DNA from: Candidatus Opitulatrix roisinitermitis
Lineage (GTDB): Bacteria; Actinomycetota; Actinomycetes; Actinomycetales; Bifidobacteriaceae
Direction of reading: 5' to 3'
DNA: 56,212 nucleotides
Assembly: GCA_031288355.1 (NCBI GenBank)
Contig: JAITRN010000087.1
Span: forward strand, 1 to 56,212
The position numbers and the translations under genes are program-made. The notes under the pieces were generated by a model. That model had not been told where the DNA came from and did not search any database. It saw only the letters and a list, made by a program, of their open reading frames with translations. Of this stretch, positions 47,114 to 55,337 are shown one piece after another (the stretch's first letter is position 1; each line of letters starts with the position of its first letter).

Positions 47114-48436
47114 TCAGATTTTTTTTGAGGTCGATTTTTTAGCAACAGACTTTTTAGAAACATTTTTTTTGACAGACGTTTTTCCAGAAGTTGATTTTTT
47201 AGCAGACGGTTTTTTTGAAGTCGATTTTTTAGCAACAGACTTTTTAGAAGATAACTTTTGATTAACCCATTTTTCATTTCCTGTTTCTATTTCTTCAACA
47301 AACACTTCATTATCTGGCCCGTATTCAAAATTATTTTTTCCTAAATACTCTTTGAAATCATCGCTTTCAAAAAAATCCTCAAAATAGTCACCGCCTAACG
47401 CGGCACCAGCATAATATTCATCAATATCGCTAATAAAAAAATTATCATCATATTGATCTTCATAAATATCTCTAAAAATCATATAAACCAAAGCACAAAT
47501 AGAAGCTCCAGCAAATAATACTAAAATTACCAAAATGCCCTGTAACAAAGGCCAATCGCCTAACCCTAACGACCAATCTTGTGCAAAAATAGCAGTAAAT
47601 AAAACCCTGAAAGGGTTTAAGCCAGCATTTGTGGCTGGAGCAGTTAACAATGCAGCCAAACCATAAGATAAGCCTACACTAAGTGATTTAGAAGTTATAT
47701 ACCTAACGCTACGGCGACTTACTGTTATAAAAACAGCTACTATTATAAAAGAAGCAATTATCTCTAAAAGTAAAGCTGCTGCTGGTGAAAAAATAAAGCC
47801 AATATTCGCACCATACAATGAATGTCCAGCTGATGTTTTATCATAACCTACAGCCCCTAATTTAAACCACGTGCTATGGTCCATATTTATATCCACTCCT
47901 TGTGACGCAGCCGATGAGGCCTCGCCAATAGGTAAAATTATTCTAATAAAAAAAGTGGCTATAAAAGCACCAATGGCCTGCGCCAATATATATATTCCCG
48001 CTTGTTGTAAAGAAACTTTTTTACATATAAAAGCAGCTATGGAAGTTATAGGATTAAAATGCCCTCCAGAAATTCTTGCTAAACACAAAAATGATATAAA
48101 AGCTGCTAAAGCTAAAACCACCGCAATAGTAAATGGTTTAAAATAAGAAACTATCAAAATTGCTCCGCTTTGAGATGCCTGCTGTTGTGGGGAAGAAAAT
48201 ACAAAAATTGGTAAAATTATACTAGCAAAAATACCTGCGAAAACCAATATAAAAGACCCAAAACCCTCTGCCAAAGCTTTTATCAATATGTTATGCATGT
48301 AACCAACATGTGCGCTTTGAAGCTCCTCTAATTCCGAAAGGCTTTTTCCATCAACCACATCCCTTTGATAAATTGAGGAATCATCAGATGAATCTTTTTT
48401 GAACTTTTCAAAATATTTTACTAATTTTTTGAACAT
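47114..48436 (-). CDS. MIP-family channel (aquaporin/glycerol-facilitator-like) with non-canonical NPA boxes and a long charged C-terminal tail
   Basis: The six-TM core carries ISGGHFNPITS (first box NPI) and TNAGLNPFRV (second box NPF, with the Arg retained). About 130 aa of cytoplasmic tail follow. The tail starts with an acidic/aromatic block (DIYEDQYDDNFF...DYFEDFFESDDF). It then has K/S repeats (KKSVAKKSTSKKPSAKKSTSGKTSVKKNVSKKSVAKKSTSKKI). Confidence 0.75.
   Translation of the reverse strand: MFKKLVKYFEKFKKDSSDDSSIYQRDVVDGKSLSELEELQSAHVGYMHNILIKALAEGFGSFILVFAGIFASIILPIFVFSSPQQQASQSGAILIVSYFKPFTIAVVLALAAFISFLCLARISGGHFNPITSIAAFICKKVSLQQAGIYILAQAIGAFIATFFIRIILPIGEASSAASQGVDINMDHSTWFKLGAVGYDKTSAGHSLYGANIGFIFSPAAALLLEIIASFIIVAVFITVSRRSVRYITSKSLSVGLSYGLAALLTAPATNAGLNPFRVLFTAIFAQDWSLGLGDWPLLQGILVILVLFAGASICALVYMIFRDIYEDQYDDNFFISDIDEYYAGAALGGDYFEDFFESDDFKEYLGKNNFEYGPDNEVFVEEIETGNEKWVNQKLSSKKSVAKKSTSKKPSAKKSTSGKTSVKKNVSKKSVAKKSTSKKI
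47121..47249. repeat. in-frame ~30-bp periodic DNA repeat encoding the K/S-rich tail of the MIP protein
   Basis: The 39-bp sequence ttttttga[g/a]gtcgattttttagcaacagactttttagaa occurs at 47121-47159 and again at 47211-47249, with 1 mismatch. Related 30-bp units lie between the two copies. Confidence 0.8.
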
Positions 48437-48520
48437 TTCTACTCTACTTTCTTATATCCTATAAAAATTTGAAATAACTAAATTCAGTTTATCATAAACT
48501 ACAATATATTATATATAAAC

Positions 48521-48526
48521 TATAAT
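48521..48526 (+). promoter_or_regulatory. candidate -10 box (TATAAT) 7 nt upstream of the ATG at 48534; implies a leaderless mRNA
   Basis: The sequence reads acTATAATatattatATG, with no Shine-Dalgarno sequence. Confidence 0.3.
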
Positions 48527-48533
48527 ATATTAT

Positions 48534-49895
48534 ATGAATAAAAAAATATTAAGTTTTTCAATTCCCCTAATTCTGATAGGAATTATAACTGGAAGTCTTT
48601 ATCTTTTTGTATTTCATAAAACATTTACGCCTGAAACCCCTCAAAAACAAAATAACCTAAAAATAGGCGTTATTATGCCTAGTTCTTGGTTTTCTTTTGT
48701 TGATAATTCCACAATTGACTATCCCCAACACATTAAAGACACTTTCTTTCAAACCCTGACTGCTGCTGGTTTAAATAGTCAAAATATATATATTGAATCT
48801 GCCACAACCTTAGGTGATCAAGCCGAAAAAGTCAAAATTTTTTCCAAAAATTCAGTTCAAGCAATTATTATAAGTCCTGTTATGGATGAAAACGTTTTGC
48901 CGGATTTATTAGGACTAACTATACCTAATCCTTATGCTATGGGCAAGGATACATCCTTCGAACAGCAAGAATTAAAAATAAGTCTAAACGAGGCCCAAAA
49001 ATCAGGCATAAAATTAATAGGTTGGCAAAATTATATAGCAGGAATAAAATATGATTTATTCATTCAATCGCCAACCGCAAAACTTATGGGACAAAAAACA
49101 GGCGAATGGATTAATCAGTATAACGAAACAAATAATTCCGACAGTGCTAATAATATGGACAAAAACAATAAACAAAATAATTCTACAAACCTCAAAAAAA
49201 CTATGGAAATTATTTTACCAGAAATCACCGAAAATAATTACTCCAAAGACTTTTTTTCCGGTTTTTACGACACTGTAAAAACAAAAATTAAAAACAATCT
49301 ATATTTTTCAATTGACAACAAATTAAACCCTAATACTTTACCCGATCAATTTAGCCAATTCTGTCTAAAAAGAAATAACGGAAAACCAATTACAACCGCT
49401 GCCGATGAACAATCTGAAGCTTATAAATATATGACAAAAATTTTAGTCAATCAATATAAATTAAATACACTTTATAATTTTAATCCAGAAAAAAGACCTG
49501 ATATAATTATTTCTGGCTCTGACCAAATAGCTCAAGGTGTTATAAACGCTCTCAAAGATAAAGGTTTTGCCCCATCTTATGATTCCAGCCGTTGGCCGAC
49601 TATTATAGGCGTGGGGGGATTAAAAACATCTATTTGGAATATTTCTAATTCTTTTCAATCTATGACAATTGTCTATGATTCAAATTTATTAGTTAAAAAC
49701 ACTACTGAAGCCATAAAAAATATGTTAACAAACCCCCAAGAGATAGAAAAACAATTAAAACTATATAGTCATCTGGATATTAATGGCTTTCAAACAGCCG
49801 TTATCTCTACTGACCCCATAGCAATAGATAAAACTAACGAAAAATCAGAATTGCTTGATAAAGGCTATATAACACCAGGTGAAGCAGGATTATAA
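48534..49895 (+). CDS. membrane-anchored periplasmic-binding-protein-fold (sugar-binding, ChvE/XylF-like) protein
   Basis: It has an N-terminal TM anchor (ILSFSIPLILIGIITGSLYLFVF). KIGVIMPS......, AIIISPV and IISGSDQIAQGVINALKDKGF resemble Peripla_BP type I sugar-binding proteins. It carries an N-rich insertion (NETNNSDSANNMDKNNKQNNS). No permease or ATPase gene is adjacent. Confidence 0.5.
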   Translation: MNKKILSFSIPLILIGIITGSLYLFVFHKTFTPETPQKQNNLKIGVIMPSSWFSFVDNSTIDYPQHIKDTFFQTLTAAGLNSQNIYIESATTLGDQAEKVKIFSKNSVQAIIISPVMDENVLPDLLGLTIPNPYAMGKDTSFEQQELKISLNEAQKSGIKLIGWQNYIAGIKYDLFIQSPTAKLMGQKTGEWINQYNETNNSDSANNMDKNNKQNNSTNLKKTMEIILPEITENNYSKDFFSGFYDTVKTKIKNNLYFSIDNKLNPNTLPDQFSQFCLKRNNGKPITTAADEQSEAYKYMTKILVNQYKLNTLYNFNPEKRPDIIISGSDQIAQGVINALKDKGFAPSYDSSRWPTIIGVGGLKTSIWNISNSFQSMTIVYDSNLLVKNTTEAIKNMLTNPQEIEKQLKLYSHLDINGFQTAVISTDPIAIDKTNEKSELLDKGYITPGEAGL

Positions 49896-49962
49896 TTATA
49901 TTAAAAATTATTGTCAAAATATCATTGCCAAATAAAAACTTAGCTTAGTATAAACTTTTAAT

Positions 49963-51303
49963 ATGCCCAAAAAAATGAACCAAACAGAAGTCTGTCAAAC
50001 AACTATGACTAATCAAAACACCACAAAACAAAGCATTATGAACCAAACTGTTGAAACTGCAGATCCTTTAATTGCCGCTGTCATTGAAGGAGAATTGAAA
50101 CGACAACAAAACGGTTTAGAAATGATTGCCTCTGAAAATTTTGTTCCTTTGTCTATTTTGCAAGCCCAGGGCAGTGTTTTAACTAATAAATATGCTGAAG
50201 GCTACCCTGAAAAACGATATTACAATGGCTGCGAACAAGTCGATATTGCTGAAAATTTGGCAATTTCCAGAGCTAAACAATTATTTTCGGCCCAAGCAGC
50301 TAATGTTCAACCCCATTCTGGAGCCAGTGCTAATGCAGCTGTTTTACAAGCTATGATAAAACCTGGTGAAAAAATATTAGGTATGGATTTATCATCTGGA
50401 GGTCATTTAACACACGGTATGAAATTAAATTTTTCTGGAATTTTTTATAAAACTGCCACATATGGGGTAGATCCAAAAACTTATTTAATAAACTATGACA
50501 ATCTTAGAGCTATTGCTAAAAAAGAAAAACCACAAATAATTATTGCCGGTTGGTCGGCCTATCCAAGACAAATAGATTTTTCAGCTTATCAACAAATAGC
50601 CAATGAAATTGGAGCAAAACTATGGTGTGATATGGCCCATTTTGCTGGATTAGCAGCAGCCGGATTTCATCCAACGCCTGCTCCATATTGCGATGTGGTA
50701 TCTTCCACAGCTCATAAAACTCTTGGAGGCCCAAGATCAGGTTTTATTTTGTGCAAAGAAGAATACATCAAAAAAATAAATTCAGCAGTTTTTCCAGGCA
50801 CACAAGGAGGCCCTTTAATGCATATTGTGGCAGGAAAAGCAATTGCCTTTAAAATTGCTTCATCTGAAGAATTCAAAAAAAGAATTGATAGAACATTGCA
50901 AGGAGCAAAAATAATTGCTCAACGCCTATTAGAACCAGACTGCAAATCTAATAATATAAATGTTTTAACAGGCGGGACAGATGTCCATTTATTGCTAATC
51001 AGCCTTTTAGGCTCTAATCTTTCAGGAGCCGAAGCAGCCGATTTTCTGCAAGAAGTTGGAATCACAGTAAATAAAAATTCAATTCCTTTTGACCCAGCTC
51101 CTCCATCTATCACAAGCGGAATTAGAATTGGCACATCAGCACTTGCCACCAGAGGATTTGGAGCTAAGGAATTTACAAAAATTGCTGATATTATCGCCCA
51201 AACTTTAATAAACGGTAAAAAAACAAATTTCGATAAATTAAAAAATGAAATTCGACTTTTAACAAAACAATTTCCCTTATACCAAAATTTAAATAAGATT
51301 TAA
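49963..51303 (+). CDS. glyA: serine hydroxymethyltransferase
   Basis: Contains [23 protein letters not shown], the PLP-lysine region [13 protein letters not shown] and VTVNKN.IPFD. About 25 N-terminal residues may be extra, because internal Met codons are available. Confidence 0.95.
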   Translation: MPKKMNQTEVCQTTMTNQNTTKQSIMNQTVETADPLIAAVIEGELKRQQNGLEMIASENFVPLSILQAQGSVLTNKYAEGYPEKRYYNGCEQVDIAENLAISRAKQLFSAQAANVQPHSGASANAAVLQAMIKPGEKILGMDLSSGGHLTHGMKLNFSGIFYKTATYGVDPKTYLINYDNLRAIAKKEKPQIIIAGWSAYPRQIDFSAYQQIANEIGAKLWCDMAHFAGLAAAGFHPTPAPYCDVVSSTAHKTLGGPRSGFILCKEEYIKKINSAVFPGTQGGPLMHIVAGKAIAFKIASSEEFKKRIDRTLQGAKIIAQRLLEPDCKSNNINVLTGGTDVHLLLISLLGSNLSGAEAADFLQEVGITVNKNSIPFDPAPPSITSGIRIGTSALATRGFGAKEFTKIADIIAQTLINGKKTNFDKLKNEIRLLTKQFPLYQNLNKI

Positions 51304-51325
51304 AAATTTTGCTAAAATAAATTCT

Positions 51326-52201
51326 ATGAGAATATTAAATGGCACAAAATTAGCCGAACAAACCAAATCAGAATTAAAAGCAATAATAAAAAAAGAAAGT
51401 GAAATTTTAGATAAAACAGTTTTAGCTATTATAATTATTGGCAATGATCCAGCCAGCAAAAAATATGTTGAACTAAAACTATCCGACTGCAAAGAAGTTG
51501 GAATAAAAACTCGAGTTTTATCTTTGCCCGAAAACATTTCCACCCAAACCCTTATCCAAAATATCAAAAATCTAAATGACGACCAAAATATCACTGCTTT
51601 AATAGTACAATTCCCTCTGCCAAAACATATTTTTATTTTTGATATTTTGGAATTTATAAATCCTCTTAAAGACGCTGATGGTTTATCCCTACAAAATTTG
51701 GGAGCAAATCTCGCTAACATAAACGGTGAACCATTATCCATTTTACCGTGCACCCCTCAAGCCATTTTAGATATAGCCGAAAAATATAAAATTTCATTTT
51801 CCGAAAAACAAACACTTATTATTGGCCGTGGCTTAACAGTTGGCCGACATTTGGGGCCTATTTTATCAAACAAAAAATATAACTCTACATGCATAATGGC
51901 CCATTCTAAAACAAAAAATTTAAATACACTTATAAAATCTAGTGACATAGTTATTTCGGCCGCAGGTTCAGCCGGAATAGTGAATAAAGACAACATAAAA
52001 AAAGATTCTATTTTATTTGATGTCGGAATTAGTTATAAAAATGGAAAACTTTTTGGAGACATTAACCCTAATGTTAAAGAAAAAGCTAGTGCTCTATGCC
52101 CTAATCCTGGAGGAACAGGACCTATGACTCGAGCTAATTTACTAAAAAATGTTGTTAACCTCGCAATTTTAAAATCCCACTTTTTCCAAAAAATGACTTG
52201 A
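51326..52201 (+). CDS. folD: bifunctional methylenetetrahydrofolate dehydrogenase / methenyl-THF cyclohydrolase
   Basis: Contains ILNG..LA, GNDPAS..YV..K, VQ.PLP, CTP, IGRG..VG.. and PNPGG.GPMT. Its last 33 nt overlap the convergent tdk. Confidence 0.9.
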   Translation: MRILNGTKLAEQTKSELKAIIKKESEILDKTVLAIIIIGNDPASKKYVELKLSDCKEVGIKTRVLSLPENISTQTLIQNIKNLNDDQNITALIVQFPLPKHIFIFDILEFINPLKDADGLSLQNLGANLANINGEPLSILPCTPQAILDIAEKYKISFSEKQTLIIGRGLTVGRHLGPILSNKKYNSTCIMAHSKTKNLNTLIKSSDIVISAAGSAGIVNKDNIKKDSILFDVGISYKNGKLFGDINPNVKEKASALCPNPGGTGPMTRANLLKNVVNLAILKSHFFQKMT

Positions 52202-52750
52202 GCATAAAGGAACATACTCCACAGTTGTGCCATCATCTATAACTATTTGATTTCCGTTTTTTTCAAATTCGCCATTTCTCCTACGTGAATTATGATCAGC
52301 CTTTTTGCTACAAAGTGTACATTTAGTTCTAATTTCTTCAATAACATTTGCTAAATCTAAAGCTCTTGCAGCACCAGGAAATGATTGTCCTCTGAAATCT
52401 GTTCTTAGGCCATAAGCCATAACAGGAACAGACATTTCAATAGTTATCTTATACAAGTCCTCTACTTGTTTAGGTGTTAAAAACTGAACTTCATCAACCA
52501 TTATTGCATCAAAATGCTCTTTAGAATAAAAATCTTTAATTCTTTTAGCAATATCATCATTTTCGCTAATATATATATCAACCGGTTTAGAAATTCCTAT
52601 TCTCGAATGAATGCCTTTCTCCTTTGTGTCAATTGAAGGCTTTATAATAATTGCTCTTTGCCCTGTTTCTGAATAATTATGTGCCACCTGAATTAACATA
52701 GTAGATTTTCCAGAATTCATAGAGCCATATCTGAAAAAGAATTTTGCCAT
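52169..52750 (-). CDS. tdk: thymidine kinase
   Basis: Contains YGSMNSGKST, VDEVQF and the Zn-ribbon cysteines (C..C......RR / PLCSSH). Its ATG abuts the atpB stop with no spacer. Confidence 0.9.
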   Translation of the reverse strand: MAKFFFRYGSMNSGKSTMLIQVAHNYSETGQRAIIIKPSIDTKEKGIHSRIGISKPVDIYISENDDIAKRIKDFYSKEHFDAIMVDEVQFLTPKQVEDLYKITIEMSVPVMAYGLRTDFRGQSFPGAARALDLANVIEEIRTKCTLCSKKADHNSRRRNGEFEKNGNQIVIDDGTTVEYVPLCSSHFLEKVGF

Positions 52751-53554
52751 TTATTTTGCTCCTCCTGCTAAAATTTGCGCTTCGCTGGAAGCAGAATTTT
52801 CATTCTTATATGATAAACCAATATAGGCGGCGGCTAATAAAGCAAAAATATAAGCTTGAAGAGCTGCCACAAAAATTTCAAAAAGTGTAAAAAATATTGC
52901 CCCAACAAAAGTTATAGGCGAAAATAATATAAAAGGGAAACCTGCCTGAAACATAAAAAATTGAGTCGCCAAAAAACATAAAGCTAAAAGCATATGTCCT
53001 GAAATCATATTAGCTAATAAACGAATAGTTAACGAAAAAGGTTTAACTAATAAAAGCTGAGCCAACTCCACAGGAGCTATTAAAGGATAAACAAAAGGAG
53101 GAACGCCTTTAGGAAAAAGTTCATCTCGCAAAAAACCAAAAAACCCGTGTTCTTGAATTCCCGCTTTCCAATATTGAACAAAAACCCATAGGGCAAACAA
53201 AAGAGGAACTCCTATTCCTGCACTAGCAGACAAATTAAAACCTGGCACTATTCCCGCTAAGTTAAAAAAGAAAATTGTACAAAAAATAGTTGTAATCATA
53301 GAAATATATTTTTTAGCATAAGGTGAAGGAATCTGTTGATAAACTATTTGCTCACGTAAAAATTCAAAAACTATTTCCACAGCACTTTGAACTCGGCCTG
53401 GAATAATTTTAGATTTTTTCGCCACTAATGAAAAAAACACTATTATAAAAAGTGTCACCATTATACGAATTAACTGCAAACGATTAAGTTCAAAAATAGT
53501 TCCTACAAATAAAAAAGGCTCAGGCAAAAAATCACTTATAGAAGGAACTTCCAT
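52751..53554 (-). CDS. atpB: F0F1 ATP synthase subunit a
   Basis: Polytopic. It has the essential-Arg helix FSLTIRLLANMISGHMLL and the last-helix motif LQAYIFALLAAAYI. The track start at 53593 is TTG; the ATG at 53554 gives MEVPSISDFLPEPFLF, like actinobacterial AtpB N-termini. Confidence 0.8.
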   Translation of the reverse strand: MEVPSISDFLPEPFLFVGTIFELNRLQLIRIMVTLFIIVFFSLVAKKSKIIPGRVQSAVEIVFEFLREQIVYQQIPSPYAKKYISMITTIFCTIFFFNLAGIVPGFNLSASAGIGVPLLFALWVFVQYWKAGIQEHGFFGFLRDELFPKGVPPFVYPLIAPVELAQLLLVKPFSLTIRLLANMISGHMLLALCFLATQFFMFQAGFPFILFSPITFVGAIFFTLFEIFVAALQAYIFALLAAAYIGLSYKNENSASSEAQILAGGAK

Positions 53555-53632
53555 AAGTCTATGATACCATACATATATGCCTGAATGCTTCAAATTTGCT
53601 AAATTTTCGCTTCACAAAGGTTTATAATCCGA

Positions 53633-54160
53633 ATGAATATATCCCAGGCTAAAAAAGAGCTAAGACAAAAAATTTTGCAACAAAATAATCTATATCAAAA
53701 TAAAAAAGATATTACAAATAGCCTAAAATCTTTTCAAAAAAATCTATCTTCTTTTTTAAAAGAAAATTCTAATAAAAAGATTATTGGTTTTCAAGCTTTA
53801 CTGGGAGAACCTAAACTTATTGGAATTAATAACTTTATACCGCAAACTGCCAAAATAGCTAAAAAAGAAGATTTTCTTGGATTCGATATATATTTAATTC
53901 CTTGTTTAGCTGTGGACAAACAATTTAACCGCTTAGGGCGAGGAAGCGGATTTTATGACAAACTAATATCCTATATTAAACAATCTGATATTACGCAAAA
54001 TACTATTGAAAAAAATAATATTAAAAATGATAACAAAAGCTCTGCTAAATTTATAGTATGCTGCTGGACAAAACAAATTTTTGATAAAATCCCTTTTGAA
54101 AAACATGACGAAAAAATTGATGGAATTATTACTGAAAAATCTATTACTTATAAAAGCTAA
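53633..54160 (+). CDS. 5-formyltetrahydrofolate cyclo-ligase
   Basis: Starts K.ELR..IL. The core DIYLIPCLAVDKQFNRLGRGSGFYDKLI matches the D....P..AFD..G.RLG.G.G.YDR motif. K.D.IITE lies near the C-terminus. Confidence 0.7.
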   Translation: MNISQAKKELRQKILQQNNLYQNKKDITNSLKSFQKNLSSFLKENSNKKIIGFQALLGEPKLIGINNFIPQTAKIAKKEDFLGFDIYLIPCLAVDKQFNRLGRGSGFYDKLISYIKQSDITQNTIEKNNIKNDNKSSAKFIVCCWTKQIFDKIPFEKHDEKIDGIITEKSITYKS

Positions 54161-54223
54161 TTAATACTTTTAAAATTAAATCCTTTTTATAACTAAATTA
54201 TATTATGATAAAATAAAAATATT

Positions 54224-54297
54224 GGCCCCTTAGCCCAATCGGTAGAGGCAACAGACTTAAAATCTGTCCAGTGTCAGTTCGAGTCTGACAGGGGCTA
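54224..54297 (+). tRNA. tRNA with anticodon UAA and a Leu-type D-arm but a class I (5-nt) variable loop; nominally tRNA-Leu(UAA)
   Basis: Fold: GGCCCCT TA GCCC AATCGGTAG AGGC A ACAGA CTTAAAA TCTGT CCAGT GTCAG TTCGAGT CTGAC AGGGGCT A. All stems pair: G1.U72, C13.A22 as in E. coli tRNA-Leu, and G53:C61. The T-loop is TTCGAGT and the discriminator is A. CCA is not encoded. Total length 74 nt. Confidence 0.7.
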
Positions 54298-54298
54298 C

Positions 54299-54757
54299 AT
54301 GTCTAGCCAAAACAAGAATTTTAATAAAAAACAAAATTGGATATACCATATCTTACAATTTATAAAATTTGGTATAGTTGGAGCAATTTGCTACGTGGTA
54401 GATGTCAGCCTTTACAATGTGCTAGTTTTTGCACCATCCATAAACTTTTTATCTCATGCACCTGTGACAGCTAAAGCTGTCAGCACCGCAATCAGTACAC
54501 TGCTTTCCTGGATTCTAAATAGAAATTGGGCTTTTCGCGAACATAAAACAAACTCTAAACGCAAAGAATTAATAGCCTATATTTTAATAAATGCCTTAGG
54601 AATGTTAATTGCTATGACTTGTTTAGGCTTTTCACGCTATATTTTACACCTAAAAGGCGCTATATCTGACAATATTTCTGGGAACGTTATAGGCACAGGT
54701 TTAGGCACATTTTGGCGATATTTTGCCTATAAATTCATTCTTTATAAGAAAAAATAA
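54299..54757 (+). CDS. GtrA-family membrane protein
   Basis: 152 aa with four predicted TM segments. Contains FIKFGIVGAICYVVDVSLYNVL and NR.WAFRE, typical of GtrA-like proteins. Its ATG begins 2 nt after the tRNA discriminator base. Confidence 0.75.
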   Translation: MSSQNKNFNKKQNWIYHILQFIKFGIVGAICYVVDVSLYNVLVFAPSINFLSHAPVTAKAVSTAISTLLSWILNRNWAFREHKTNSKRKELIAYILINALGMLIAMTCLGFSRYILHLKGAISDNISGNVIGTGLGTFWRYFAYKFILYKKK

Positions 54758-54786
54758 CCTCCATAAGAAACTTCTAAAACAAAAAA

Positions 54787-55290
54787 ATGCCTAATCCGGA
54801 AGCCCAACCTCAAACAAAAAACTGTTTATTTTGCAAAATAATTGCTGGCCAATTGCCTTTAGACGGCCTTTTTTGGCAAGACGATAAATTTTTAGCCTGG
54901 TTAGCAATTGACCCTTCCACCGAAGGTTTCAGCCTAGTTGTTCCTCGTAAACATTATTCAAGTGATGTTTTAAAAATGCCTAACCGGGAATTAACTGATT
55001 TTATTTTAGCCACTAAAACAGTCAGCCAAATTTTGGAAAATTATTTTACTGATGTTGGCCGAATAGGGCTTATTATGGAAGGAACGGGAGTTGACCACGC
55101 TCATATAAAACTTTTTCCCTTTCATAAAACGCCTTGGATGAAACAAGGCAAATGGAAGCCTATATTTTCTGACAAAGAAGAATGGTTTGAATCATATCCT
55201 GGATATATATATTCAGGAGCTGGACCAATAGCTAATCCAAAAAATTTGCAAAAATTAGCCCAAAACTTAAAAGACTCACAAAAGTCCTAA
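54787..55290 (+). CDS. HIT (histidine triad) family protein
   Basis: Contains CLFCKIIAG at the N-terminus. The triad region reads GVDHAHIKLFP, that is H-x-H-x-K rather than H-x-H-x-H. Confidence 0.7.
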   Translation: MPNPEAQPQTKNCLFCKIIAGQLPLDGLFWQDDKFLAWLAIDPSTEGFSLVVPRKHYSSDVLKMPNRELTDFILATKTVSQILENYFTDVGRIGLIMEGTGVDHAHIKLFPFHKTPWMKQGKWKPIFSDKEEWFESYPGYIYSGAGPIANPKNLQKLAQNLKDSQKS

Positions 55291-55337
55291 TAATCAAGAA
55301 CTTGAGTAATCTTAAAAAAATCCGAGAATTACAAAAA

